A stretch of DNA of 63,704 bases from a virus. Taxonomy: Duplodnaviria > Caudoviricetes. Every line of letters begins with the position of its first letter. Within the stretch, counting starts at the first letter, position 1. The notes beneath the pieces are model-generated. The model was not told the origin of the DNA, ran no database searches, and saw only the letters and a list, made by a program, of their open reading frames with translations. The stretch spans positions 1-63,704 of the IMG/VR virus record IMGVR_UViG_3300025829_000001. One strand, 5' to 3'. The position numbers and the translations under genes were made by a program. Positions 56,237 through 63,704 of this stretch are shown here, in pieces.

Positions 56237-56702
56237 GGAAAGCCTTCAGCGCTGCCGTGCGGATGTCTTCCTTGATGCGCGGCGTAAATTCTTCTAGGGT
56301 TGGTTTGAGGTACGGGCGCTTGTAATTGCGCGTGCCGGGCGGATGACGCTCGAAGTACTTTGCCAGTGCGTTGCCTTGCAGTGTTCGCGGGCCACCACGG
56401 GCACCAGCTCCAATCTTGCGCGTGAAGCCTTCTTCCCACCCGATGCCGTAGCCCAACGTGGTATAAACCCCGCCGAAAATGCCGTTATTTCTCTCCATCG
56501 CAGGGTCTTGCGTAACAGAGCGCGCCAATGTACCGGTCTGGTGCTTGAGCACCTGGCCGTCCAACTTATTCAGCACCACCGAACGCTGCATGTCCAGCGT
56601 CAACCCATTGATGGCATCCGTCATGGCGGCACGCAACCGCTGCGGCATATCATGCAACTTGGCGATGACCGAATCGGCCTTGATGGAGACGATGAGTTCC
56701 AT
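56229..56702 (-). CDS. Neck / tail-completion protein (HK97 gp10-like)
   Basis: TGTLARS, E.G and RPYLKPTL motifs. Confidence 0.75.
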   Translation of the reverse strand: MELIVSIKADSVIAKLHDMPQRLRAAMTDAINGLTLDMQRSVVLNKLDGQVLKHQTGTLARSVTQDPAMERNNGIFGGVYTTLGYGIGWEEGFTRKIGAGARGGPRTLQGNALAKYFERHPPGTRNYKRPYLKPTLEEFTPRIKEDIRTAALKAFRG

Positions 56703-57487
56703 TACGCCACCATCATCCTTCTGTACGGTTGCAGCATCTGGATCGAACTGTCGGTCATGCCCTTCTTCTCGTAGGTCACGGTCTCAGTCGCGAGGTTCTT
56801 GCTGTTGATGCCGATGTTGCTGCGCTGTTGCAGGTCCAGCCCGACCATCTCGATCACGGCTTGTTCCACCGGCGCGGGGACGTAATAGTAGTCCATCGTC
56901 ACGCTGTGGTTGTACTGCGCGGTATTGAACGTGAAAACACCCGCCGAGAAGCTGTATTGCCCGCTTGCAGGCGCGTTTCCCGTCTGGGTCAATGCAACCG
57001 CCCCAGTATTGTCGTAAACGCTGACTGCATACGTTGCAGTGCCTCCCGTGGTAGGCGTTAACGTCGGTACGTTACCCGTTGGCACGAAAGCAGTCTCCGT
57101 GGTCTCATATCCGGCGACCCATGAGCATTGCAAATTCTGGTTTCCTCTCGGGAAGCGGTCTCCCCACAAGCTGCCACCGATGAGGTACAAGCATGTGTCG
57201 TCAAACGTGAACCCGGACTGGATCGCGTCAGGGGACGACGTGATGGGTGTGCCCATGATTGACAGTGCCGACACGGAAAGGATCGGATTGTCCGGCAGTG
57301 CCAGACGCGTTGAGCCTGAACCGTTCAGCCGCTTGTTTAAGTTGCTTACGAATGGGAACTTGCGCCCTGTCCACTGCTCAACCAGAGCAGACTCACGCGC
57401 AATGAGCGCGGTGATCAATGCGTCTTGGTTAGATGTACCAATTGTCAAATACGACTTTACTGCTGCTAGGGTAGTTAGATTTGACAT
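56702..57487 (-). CDS. Head-tail adaptor protein with inserted domain
   Basis: LTTLAAVKSYL, D.LI..LI...S, AGY, P.VEQA and L.PYRR motifs. Confidence 0.82.
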   Translation of the reverse strand: MSNLTTLAAVKSYLTIGTSNQDALITALIARESALVEQWTGRKFPFVSNLNKRLNGSGSTRLALPDNPILSVSALSIMGTPITSSPDAIQSGFTFDDTCLYLIGGSLWGDRFPRGNQNLQCSWVAGYETTETAFVPTGNVPTLTPTTGGTATYAVSVYDNTGAVALTQTGNAPASGQYSFSAGVFTFNTAQYNHSVTMDYYYVPAPVEQAVIEMVGLDLQQRSNIGINSKNLATETVTYEKKGMTDSSIQMLQPYRRMMVA

Positions 57488-57504
57488 TTAGCACTCCTGT
57501 TTAG

Positions 57505-57540
57505 AAAAAACCGGGCGATCATTGGAGGACGACCGCCCGG
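57505..57540 (-). terminator. Rho-independent terminator after the major capsid gene
   Basis: CCGGGCGGTC-loop-GATCGCCCGG hairpin followed by T6 on the minus strand. Confidence 0.85.
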
Positions 57541-57576
57541 AACCCTCAGTACTCTTTTTACTTACCACCAAGTCAA

Positions 57577-59097
57577 CTAGCCATTTGCAATATTGTACAC
57601 GACGCCTGATGCCGGGGGAAAATAATTCTGCAACACACCGTCTTCATAGACACCGTACTGATACTTACGTGTGATCAATGGCCATTCGATCTGGTAGTAA
57701 TCACGACGCATACGCATCTGCAAGATGTTGGTCACGTTCGACAGCGGATAAGGCAGACGCTGTGTGGTGAACAAGATCGTGCCAGCTGGCATATTTGGAT
57801 GCAGGCGGATCTTAAGCTCCTGGGCTCCGTCCATGCCAAACTTGTTGAGGTACGTACGCACCATAATGCCACCACCGACCATGCCCTGATCAGCATTGAA
57901 CACGAAGCGCTGGGCTGCATTCGCTGCACCGGCCAGGATCTTCTTGCCGATGTTGTTCATCTCTTGCGAGCTTACCCACAGGGTATCAGGGCTGAGACGG
58001 TAGTTGTCCCAGAAGGACTTCAGTGCTGCATCAATTTCAACGATGCCACCCGCACCATCGCTGGTGAGAGGTGTGCCTGTGCCATTAACACCTGCTGGCA
58101 TCGCAGCTTGATAGCTGTTCAGTCCAGATTGCGAGGCAAAGGTCAGCAACCCGTCAAACGCCAGCGAGTTGCGAGACTTGTCCGCAACAACCAGCGCCTG
58201 GAAGTTCGCCACACCGCTGCCAGAAGCAGTACCGGTTGCATTGGCGGTTATTGATACGCTGTTGATGGTGGTGATTGCGCCTAGCGTCAAGTTGCCTGCG
58301 TTAGCGCCCCAGAACCAAGCGTAACCTGCCGCACCTGCTACTGCTGCAACCGTTGCGGAATACGAGCATACCGTGCCGGTATTGGCGTTGATGGTGTTGG
58401 CCTGTGCTGCAAAGTTACCTGTGCCGCCGTTGATGGTGTCAGTTGATGCGTCTGCGTTGGTACGGACGTAGGACTGGATGATGCCAGTGGTCATCGAGGA
58501 GTTGAGATAACCCTCGAAGGTCAGCGGCACAACAGCTACCCCGAAACCCGCGTTGCCGGTTAAGCCGCCGCCGGTATTGGCGTTGGTGATGGTTGGTGCT
58601 GCGGCTGTGGTCAGGGTGTACGAATTGTTGCCGCCCAGGATGACCTTTTCTTCCGCGATCATCATGGCACGCAGCAAACCTTCGACGGCCAGTGCCTTGA
58701 CGTCTTGGAAGTTCTCGGCAGCATAATCAGCTTCAAACGTCACTGAGTCTTCCAGGCCGAGACCCTTGTAAGCAGCGGTGTAATCTTGCGTGGTGCTGGT
58801 AATTACCCCGGAGCGGTTGCCGCCAGAGACGTAAGGCGAGCCGTTTAGCGCAGTATTGACGCCGGTGACTGCACGCCAGGCTGCTTGGATGCCTCCCTTA
58901 CCGCTTACGCGGGGGATTTCATTGCGAAGTGGGGTGATGACCGGATAAAGCTGCTTCGCAGGCGCTTCGAGGTCGTAGGCGGTAATGCCGGAAACGGCAG
59001 AACCGGATTGTGTCCAGGCCTTGGTTAGTTCAGTGTCAGGACTGCCTTGTGCTGCTTTGAGCAGAGCTAAAGTCTCTGCTGTGGTTTGATTACCCAT
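57577..59097 (-). CDS. Major capsid protein with a Thr/Asn/Ala-rich insertion domain
   Basis: 506 aa after the protease gene, strong RBS, followed by a terminator; YDLEAPAK.LYP, EEK.ILGG, FDGLL and IRLHP motifs. Confidence 0.88.
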   Translation of the reverse strand: MGNQTTAETLALLKAAQGSPDTELTKAWTQSGSAVSGITAYDLEAPAKQLYPVITPLRNEIPRVSGKGGIQAAWRAVTGVNTALNGSPYVSGGNRSGVITSTTQDYTAAYKGLGLEDSVTFEADYAAENFQDVKALAVEGLLRAMMIAEEKVILGGNNSYTLTTAAAPTITNANTGGGLTGNAGFGVAVVPLTFEGYLNSSMTTGIIQSYVRTNADASTDTINGGTGNFAAQANTINANTGTVCSYSATVAAVAGAAGYAWFWGANAGNLTLGAITTINSVSITANATGTASGSGVANFQALVVADKSRNSLAFDGLLTFASQSGLNSYQAAMPAGVNGTGTPLTSDGAGGIVEIDAALKSFWDNYRLSPDTLWVSSQEMNNIGKKILAGAANAAQRFVFNADQGMVGGGIMVRTYLNKFGMDGAQELKIRLHPNMPAGTILFTTQRLPYPLSNVTNILQMRMRRDYYQIEWPLITRKYQYGVYEDGVLQNYFPPASGVVYNIANG

Positions 59098-59151
59098 GCT
59101 GTTTTCTCCTAAGAGATGGTGCTGCGTTGATAAAGGTTAGTTGATAAAAGG

Positions 59152-60447
59152 TTAGCCGCGATACAGCAAGGGCTTACCGCCTTCAGAGATTGCTTGCTTG
59201 ATGAGGGACGCGGCAGGGTGCACTACACCATGAGCATCCTTCACCAAATCAGCTTCGGTGGGGCCAACGGTTATTGCGCCGGTGTCCTCAGCTTTCGTGA
59301 CAGCGCGCAATGACACGCGAGGTGCTGCCGGTTGTTCTTCTAGCTTCTTGATCTTGCCGTTGGCGTCATCCAGTGCTTTTTGCAGCGGTTCGATAGCGTC
59401 GGCGACCAACTTGGTCAATGCATCAGCTTCCATCTTCTGCAGTTCAGCAGTTGGTTCGACCTTTGCAGCCGAGCAATCAGCACCAAGGTCGACCGCAGCG
59501 GAATGGATCGCGTTCAGGCGGCCTTTGTCCGTAGCACTGTTGCGCGCACCGACCTTAACCAGCGGATCGGCCAGCGCTGCTTCGAGTTTGACTAGGGCTG
59601 CTTCGCCCGCAACCTTAGCTGCGGCGTCAGCGAGGTAGGCTTTCTTCTCAGCAGCCGTCATCGCGTCCCATTTTTCTTGAGAGCAACCGTCTGGCGCGGT
59701 GTCAGCCGCTTTAGCCAGATCAATTTGTGCTTGAGTGGCAGCATCAACTTCACCTCCAACCGCGACGTTGTTGATAACAACGTCGCCCTTGGCGAAAGTG
59801 ATAATGTCAGCCAGCGACAGGCCTTTTTCAGCCATAATCTTGGTGAGCTCGTCCACCTGGTCTGGCGTGCCTTCGACCGTACCGCCTTCGATTTCATCGA
59901 GCTTCTCGATGGCAGAGGTGACAGGGTTTTCTTCAGGTTCCTTGAAATCGACCTTGGCTAAGGTGCCATCGGCTTTTTGGACTTCGAAGAACTTGGCTCC
60001 ATGCATGCACGGCGAATCAACCAACGAACCCTCCGAAGGTTTTGCGGTATACCGCTTTACATCCCTGTCATCGATCTTTTCGACCTTTTTTTCGCCGACG
60101 TAAGAACCACCGATGGAAAATCCGCGATAAACACCTTCTAGAACCTTCGTCCACTCGTTGTCGTCAATAACTTTCGCCACGACGTCAACAGTTTTGCCAA
60201 CATCATCATAATTTATTTCTATGAATTTTCCGGCAGCGACTTTGCCGTGCATTGCACGGAGCGCTCCTAACGATTTGCCGTCGGTGTCTTTGGCGAACTC
60301 ATCCGACCACGCCTTAAAGTAAGGCTTGGACGACGCATAATCCATAATTTCGTCGGATTTATCAGCAACTTCCTCTGCAAGTCTGCCAAAAACTAAACGT
60401 TTTTCAGCATCCACTTTTGTCAATCGGGCAAACATATGTGCATTCAT
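59152..60447 (-). CDS. Prohead protease fused to scaffold
   Basis: LRAMH, YRGFSIGG and EGSLVDSP protease motifs followed by an Ala/Glu/Lys helical scaffold. Confidence 0.9.
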   Translation of the reverse strand: MNAHMFARLTKVDAEKRLVFGRLAEEVADKSDEIMDYASSKPYFKAWSDEFAKDTDGKSLGALRAMHGKVAAGKFIEINYDDVGKTVDVVAKVIDDNEWTKVLEGVYRGFSIGGSYVGEKKVEKIDDRDVKRYTAKPSEGSLVDSPCMHGAKFFEVQKADGTLAKVDFKEPEENPVTSAIEKLDEIEGGTVEGTPDQVDELTKIMAEKGLSLADIITFAKGDVVINNVAVGGEVDAATQAQIDLAKAADTAPDGCSQEKWDAMTAAEKKAYLADAAAKVAGEAALVKLEAALADPLVKVGARNSATDKGRLNAIHSAAVDLGADCSAAKVEPTAELQKMEADALTKLVADAIEPLQKALDDANGKIKKLEEQPAAPRVSLRAVTKAEDTGAITVGPTEADLVKDAHGVVHPAASLIKQAISEGGKPLLYRG

Positions 60448-60457
60448 TGTGAATCTC

Positions 60458-61234
60458 CTAAGTTGATTTTTCTCTCAAACGTCTCAGTTTTTGCGCCGTG
60501 ATCATCCGCAATTTAGTTTCATCCGATGCCTTATTGCCGAGATTGTTCTTGTTTCCCATCATCCGCAAAGATTGTTTAGCACAAGTTTCAGCGGATTGTT
60601 TATACCCAAGCGTATATTGATTACCTTGTAATCGCGCGGATATAGCTGCGCATCGTTCGGCAGATAGTTTTACGCCTGTGTGCGATTCAGACATCTTTGC
60701 GCGAGTTTCTTCCGTATGAGTTGAACCTCGTCTGTAGGTATTTCCTCTTTTTCGCAGTCCATTGGCGATTTTAAACTCTTCCGTGTGAACGCAGCCTTTA
60801 TGTCCCATTCCGCCTTTAGCTATTGCCGCTTTATGGTCTTCTGATAATTTACGCCCAGTTGTGGCTGCAATTAGTTTTACGCGCAAAATTGGATCATCCC
60901 ACATCGCTTGAGAATTAACTGATATTTTCACAAGTGACTCTACAGAATGCTTAAATCCGCTAGAACCTTCACCGCCATCAGTTTTGTTACACAAACTTGC
61001 CCCTGTCGCGCGTAAAGATTTGATTATCAATTGCTCCCGCAAAAATGCCTCTGCTTCTGACCTGCAAGGCATGATCTCAACGAGGATATTTTCTGCTCCA
61101 TACTTTGCAACGACATTTTGATGGTGCTTATTGCGTCCAACAAAGCTATGACTCCGCTTTCCATGTCCTTTACCGATATAAAACGGCGAGCCATCAGGGC
61201 GCAGATGCGCGTAAGCGTAAAATTGCTGTTGCAT
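60458..61234 (-). CDS. GIY-YIG homing endonuclease with NUMOD3 repeats
   Basis: FYAY...PFYIGKG..KR, N.TDGGEG and HTEETRAKMS motifs. Confidence 0.9.
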   Translation of the reverse strand: MQQQFYAYAHLRPDGSPFYIGKGHGKRSHSFVGRNKHHQNVVAKYGAENILVEIMPCRSEAEAFLREQLIIKSLRATGASLCNKTDGGEGSSGFKHSVESLVKISVNSQAMWDDPILRVKLIAATTGRKLSEDHKAAIAKGGMGHKGCVHTEEFKIANGLRKRGNTYRRGSTHTEETRAKMSESHTGVKLSAERCAAISARLQGNQYTLGYKQSAETCAKQSLRMMGNKNNLGNKASDETKLRMITAQKLRRLREKST

Positions 61235-61533
61235 CAAACAACAGCGCCGGTGGTCTGATGACGCCAGGAACCGCTGCCATCCCATACGACGATGTACCCT
61301 AGCGTGGAATCATGATAGGTGACGCCAGGGAATAATCCTGTTTTTGGGCGCTGCGCGGTGGTGCCGGAGCCGACAGACTGCGCCCCGCCGGAATTGATCC
61401 AGCCGTTGGCTGAAGCGATAGCGGCGTCTTGGTCAGGCATCACAACAGGGGTGCCAGCGACAGCGGTGTATGCACGACCATTGATGGTAATGGTTTTTTG
61501 CGCGGTGCTTGACGGCAACATATTTTGACTCAT
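61234..61533 (-). CDS. Small putative capsid decoration protein
   Basis: GTTAQRP...G..Y.DSTLG..VVWDG..W C-terminal motif. Confidence 0.72.
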   Translation of the reverse strand: MSQNMLPSSTAQKTITINGRAYTAVAGTPVVMPDQDAAIASANGWINSGGAQSVGSGTTAQRPKTGLFPGVTYHDSTLGYIVVWDGSGSWRHQTTGAVV

Positions 61534-61706
61534 GGCTTGCTCCTTGATCTGACTCGTTTAGATTTGCGTCGTTTGCTGCTGTAATCGGTGATGCCGGATG
61601 TCGCGCTGGTGGAGGCTGCCCATTCCTTGTTCAGCAACGCTGCCAAACTTACGCGCTGCGGCGCGGGGCACTCGAGCCTGCTGTAAAGCAGCGCAGCAAG
61701 CTGCAT
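61530..61706 (-). CDS. 58-aa protein with a highly basic C-terminus (not in ORF track)
   Basis: Exactly fills the gap between two genes (TAAATG junction, ATGA overlap); ends SKRRKSKRVRSRSKP. Confidence 0.55.
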   Translation of the reverse strand: MQLAALLYSRLECPAPQRVSLAALLNKEWAASTSATSGITDYSSKRRKSKRVRSRSKP

Positions 61707-62018
61707 TTAAATCACGTCGCCCCGCGTGAAGTACACGGTCGAGTTGCCGGCGCTGATCAGCGTCACGTTGGTAGCGCCAACAGGTGCCTGTACGTGCAAC
61801 GCGGGTTGGTTGGCGAATACTGGGAAACCGCCGCCGACGTTCGCTGTTGGAATGCCCGCAGGTCGATTAGCATCGCTGGTAAACGCGCAGAAAACGATCT
61901 GTGGCCCAGCGTTCTGAATCCGCCAGACCAATCCGCCGCCCAAGGGGAGGTTAGCGTTGGATGCTACGCCATTGGCGGTGAAAGCAAACGTACCGTTCAT
62001 GCTCGGTGTTAGGTTCAT
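61707..62018 (-). CDS. Small beta-rich putative virion protein
   Basis: 103 aa from ATG 62018 ending VYFTRGD; four N-X-S/T sequons. Confidence 0.72.
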   Translation of the reverse strand: MNLTPSMNGTFAFTANGVASNANLPLGGGLVWRIQNAGPQIVFCAFTSDANRPAGIPTANVGGGFPVFANQPALHVQAPVGATNVTLISAGNSTVYFTRGDVI

Positions 62019-63268
62019 GTGTCTTCCTCGTCCATATTGCGTACTGATAAGATGCTGCATTCGCAGCGCGGGTGCAACGGCGGACCATCGCCGCCATCAT
62101 TTGGAAATTCTTCGTCCAGCCCGACGATCTCGCCATCCAGTTCAGCGCAGTCGTCGCAGCAGCCCTCGTAGGCGTGCCATTCCTTGCCTTCCACGATGCC
62201 GGTCTGGCGCCAGCCCTCCAGGTTGCCTTGCACGTGGGCGTCTGCCAACTCCGTGCGGGCGATCATCTCTGCCCGACTGTCGCTGAAGGAGCCTAGCTCC
62301 TGAATGCTGTTGGCCAGCTCGCCGGGGCTGCTGCCGTTTTCAATGGCGTCTGACAGCACACCGCGCATCGCGTCTTCGGTCGTGCCCGCCAGGTCCTTGA
62401 TCAGCCCGCCGCCGTGCGCGTCCATGTAATCCAGCGCCCGCTGGTTGATCATCTTGCCCATGGCGCCGGTCGGCGTCAGGTTGAGCTGCGCCACGCCCAT
62501 GATGCCCGCGTCCTTAAATGCTCGGATCAATTCTGGCGTGATACTGTCAACAATGTCGACGCTTATGTCTTCCAGCGCCAGCGCATCGAGGATCTGCTGG
62601 ATGATCTTCTGGTCTTCGTCAGAGACTTTGGCGAGCTTCCCCTCCAGCAGCTTAACAGCCTGCTTCGCGACCCGCTCACCCGCTGCGTTCAGGATGGCGT
62701 TGATCTTGCGCTGGAGCTTAGGCGTCTTGGCGTCAAGCAGCTTGCCGACGTTGGTCTTTGGGTGCGCGGCTTTGGCGAGCTTCTGCACTGCTCGAGGCAA
62801 TATATATTCAGCCTCAGTTATTTTGCCTTCGCCAAGGCTATGTAAATTTAATACCGGGGAGCCTCTTGGCACGCGTATCTCTGTCACATGTTGACCAAAC
62901 CGCACAGCACTTTCCCTATTGCTGGACGCGGAGATAAACGCTTTGTCAGACTGGAATGCTTTGTTCGATCCACGGTACAGCACCAGATCACGAGGAGCGG
63001 GCGATCTTGCAATCAATGCATCCAGATGCTGCACCTGTCTATCTAAGAGGTAATTGAAATGTCCTGTGCTCGCATCGATACGATTGTTGCGAAGATAGGC
63101 ATTAACCTCCGGATGGTCTGTTTGCACATAAGCTTGAACTGCTTGTCGTTCAGCAGAAGAAACTTCTTGTACGCCTCCCCCATCCGTCCATTGATTCCCG
63201 TGGAACTCGTGGCCTGGCAGATCGCCTTTGCACAAAACAGCTTTCAACAATACGTTCAATCCGTTCAT
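62015..63268 (-). CDS. ADP-ribosyltransferase (R-S-E type) fused to MuF/SPP1 gp7-like head morphogenesis domain
   Basis: ART motifs VNAYLR, LYRG, FISAS and EAEYILPR; MuF motifs RAEMIARTE, KEW, CCDDC and PPLHPRCEC. Confidence 0.88.
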   Translation of the reverse strand: MNGLNVLLKAVLCKGDLPGHEFHGNQWTDGGGVQEVSSAERQAVQAYVQTDHPEVNAYLRNNRIDASTGHFNYLLDRQVQHLDALIARSPAPRDLVLYRGSNKAFQSDKAFISASSNRESAVRFGQHVTEIRVPRGSPVLNLHSLGEGKITEAEYILPRAVQKLAKAAHPKTNVGKLLDAKTPKLQRKINAILNAAGERVAKQAVKLLEGKLAKVSDEDQKIIQQILDALALEDISVDIVDSITPELIRAFKDAGIMGVAQLNLTPTGAMGKMINQRALDYMDAHGGGLIKDLAGTTEDAMRGVLSDAIENGSSPGELANSIQELGSFSDSRAEMIARTELADAHVQGNLEGWRQTGIVEGKEWHAYEGCCDDCAELDGEIVGLDEEFPNDGGDGPPLHPRCECSILSVRNMDEEDT

Positions 63269-63577
63269 GCGGCACGTCTCCATTCCTCATCGAACAGCAT
63301 TGCCGCCGCAATGGCGAAGGCCTCCAGCTCCACGTCTCGGATCTCGCCCAAGGCGCTGCTGGTCTGGCTGGCTTGCCCTGTCGTCATGCTCGCGTAATAC
63401 GGGTTGATGATGTACCCGATGCTGGCGGTCGTTTGCGGCGCTTGCTCCGAAACAACAGCTCCGAGTTGCAGTGGAGGGAGCACCAGGCCGACAGCAGTAG
63501 AACCTTGTCCCTGCGCCGTCTTGGCTTGTCCGCTGTGACGCACGCGATGGTCAGCGACGTACTCCAGGTTGTGCATC
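63265..63577 (-). CDS. 3' end of the 1170-aa repeat protein that starts at 3200
   Basis: In frame with 1-3200 across the join; the stop overlaps the ATG of the MuF fusion. Confidence 0.85.
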
Positions 63578-63704
63578 CACGACTTGTTGCCGACGCCGAC
63601 CCCAACGCCATCCATCCAGGTGGAAACGACATCGCCACCAATCGCTGTGGCCACGGCATCAATCGTTTGGCTGCCTTGACCTGACGTCGCTGTGCCTATT
63701 ACTG
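63578..63704. repeat. 127-bp direct end overlap (right copy)
   Basis: Identical to 1-127. Confidence 0.95.

Overview
This window is an apparently complete, circularly permuted genome (63,577 bp plus a 127-bp end overlap) of a long-tailed dsDNA phage, probably infecting a Gram-negative proteobacterium. I saw no integrase, repressor module, tRNA or CRISPR array. The minus strand carries the head module (terminase, portal, MuF, protease, major capsid protein), a siphovirus tail with GTA-like tip genes, and a lysis cassette. It also carries a replication block (PolA, UvrD, SNF2, primase, SSB) with a nucleotide-modification cluster. The plus strand (26.3-41.6 kb) carries small early genes and an 11-kb sugar-biosynthesis and glycosylation operon. 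The lead finding is that this operon is built around an HMW1C/NGT-type cytoplasmic protein N-glycosyltransferase. Its neighbours are an RmlB-like dehydratase, a VioA-like aminotransferase, an acyltransferase, an adenylating ligase with an ACP, an oxidoreductase, a GT2-radical SAM fusion and a methyltransferase. Virion proteins are rich in N-X-S/T sequons, which suggests a phage-encoded virion N-glycosylation system. Other notable signals: a thymidylate-synthase homolog with the dCMP-type Asp; a PolA with altered active-site residues; an SSB whose acidic tail lies behind an in-frame amber codon; a duplicated, covarying pseudoknot upstream of two ribosome-binding sites; a 13-residue motif shared by two head-module proteins, one of them an ADP-ribosyltransferase-MuF fusion; a 1170-aa repeat protein missed by the ORF track; and a candidate origin bounded by 48-bp inverted repeats. 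All family assignments come from motif recognition by eye, with no database search.
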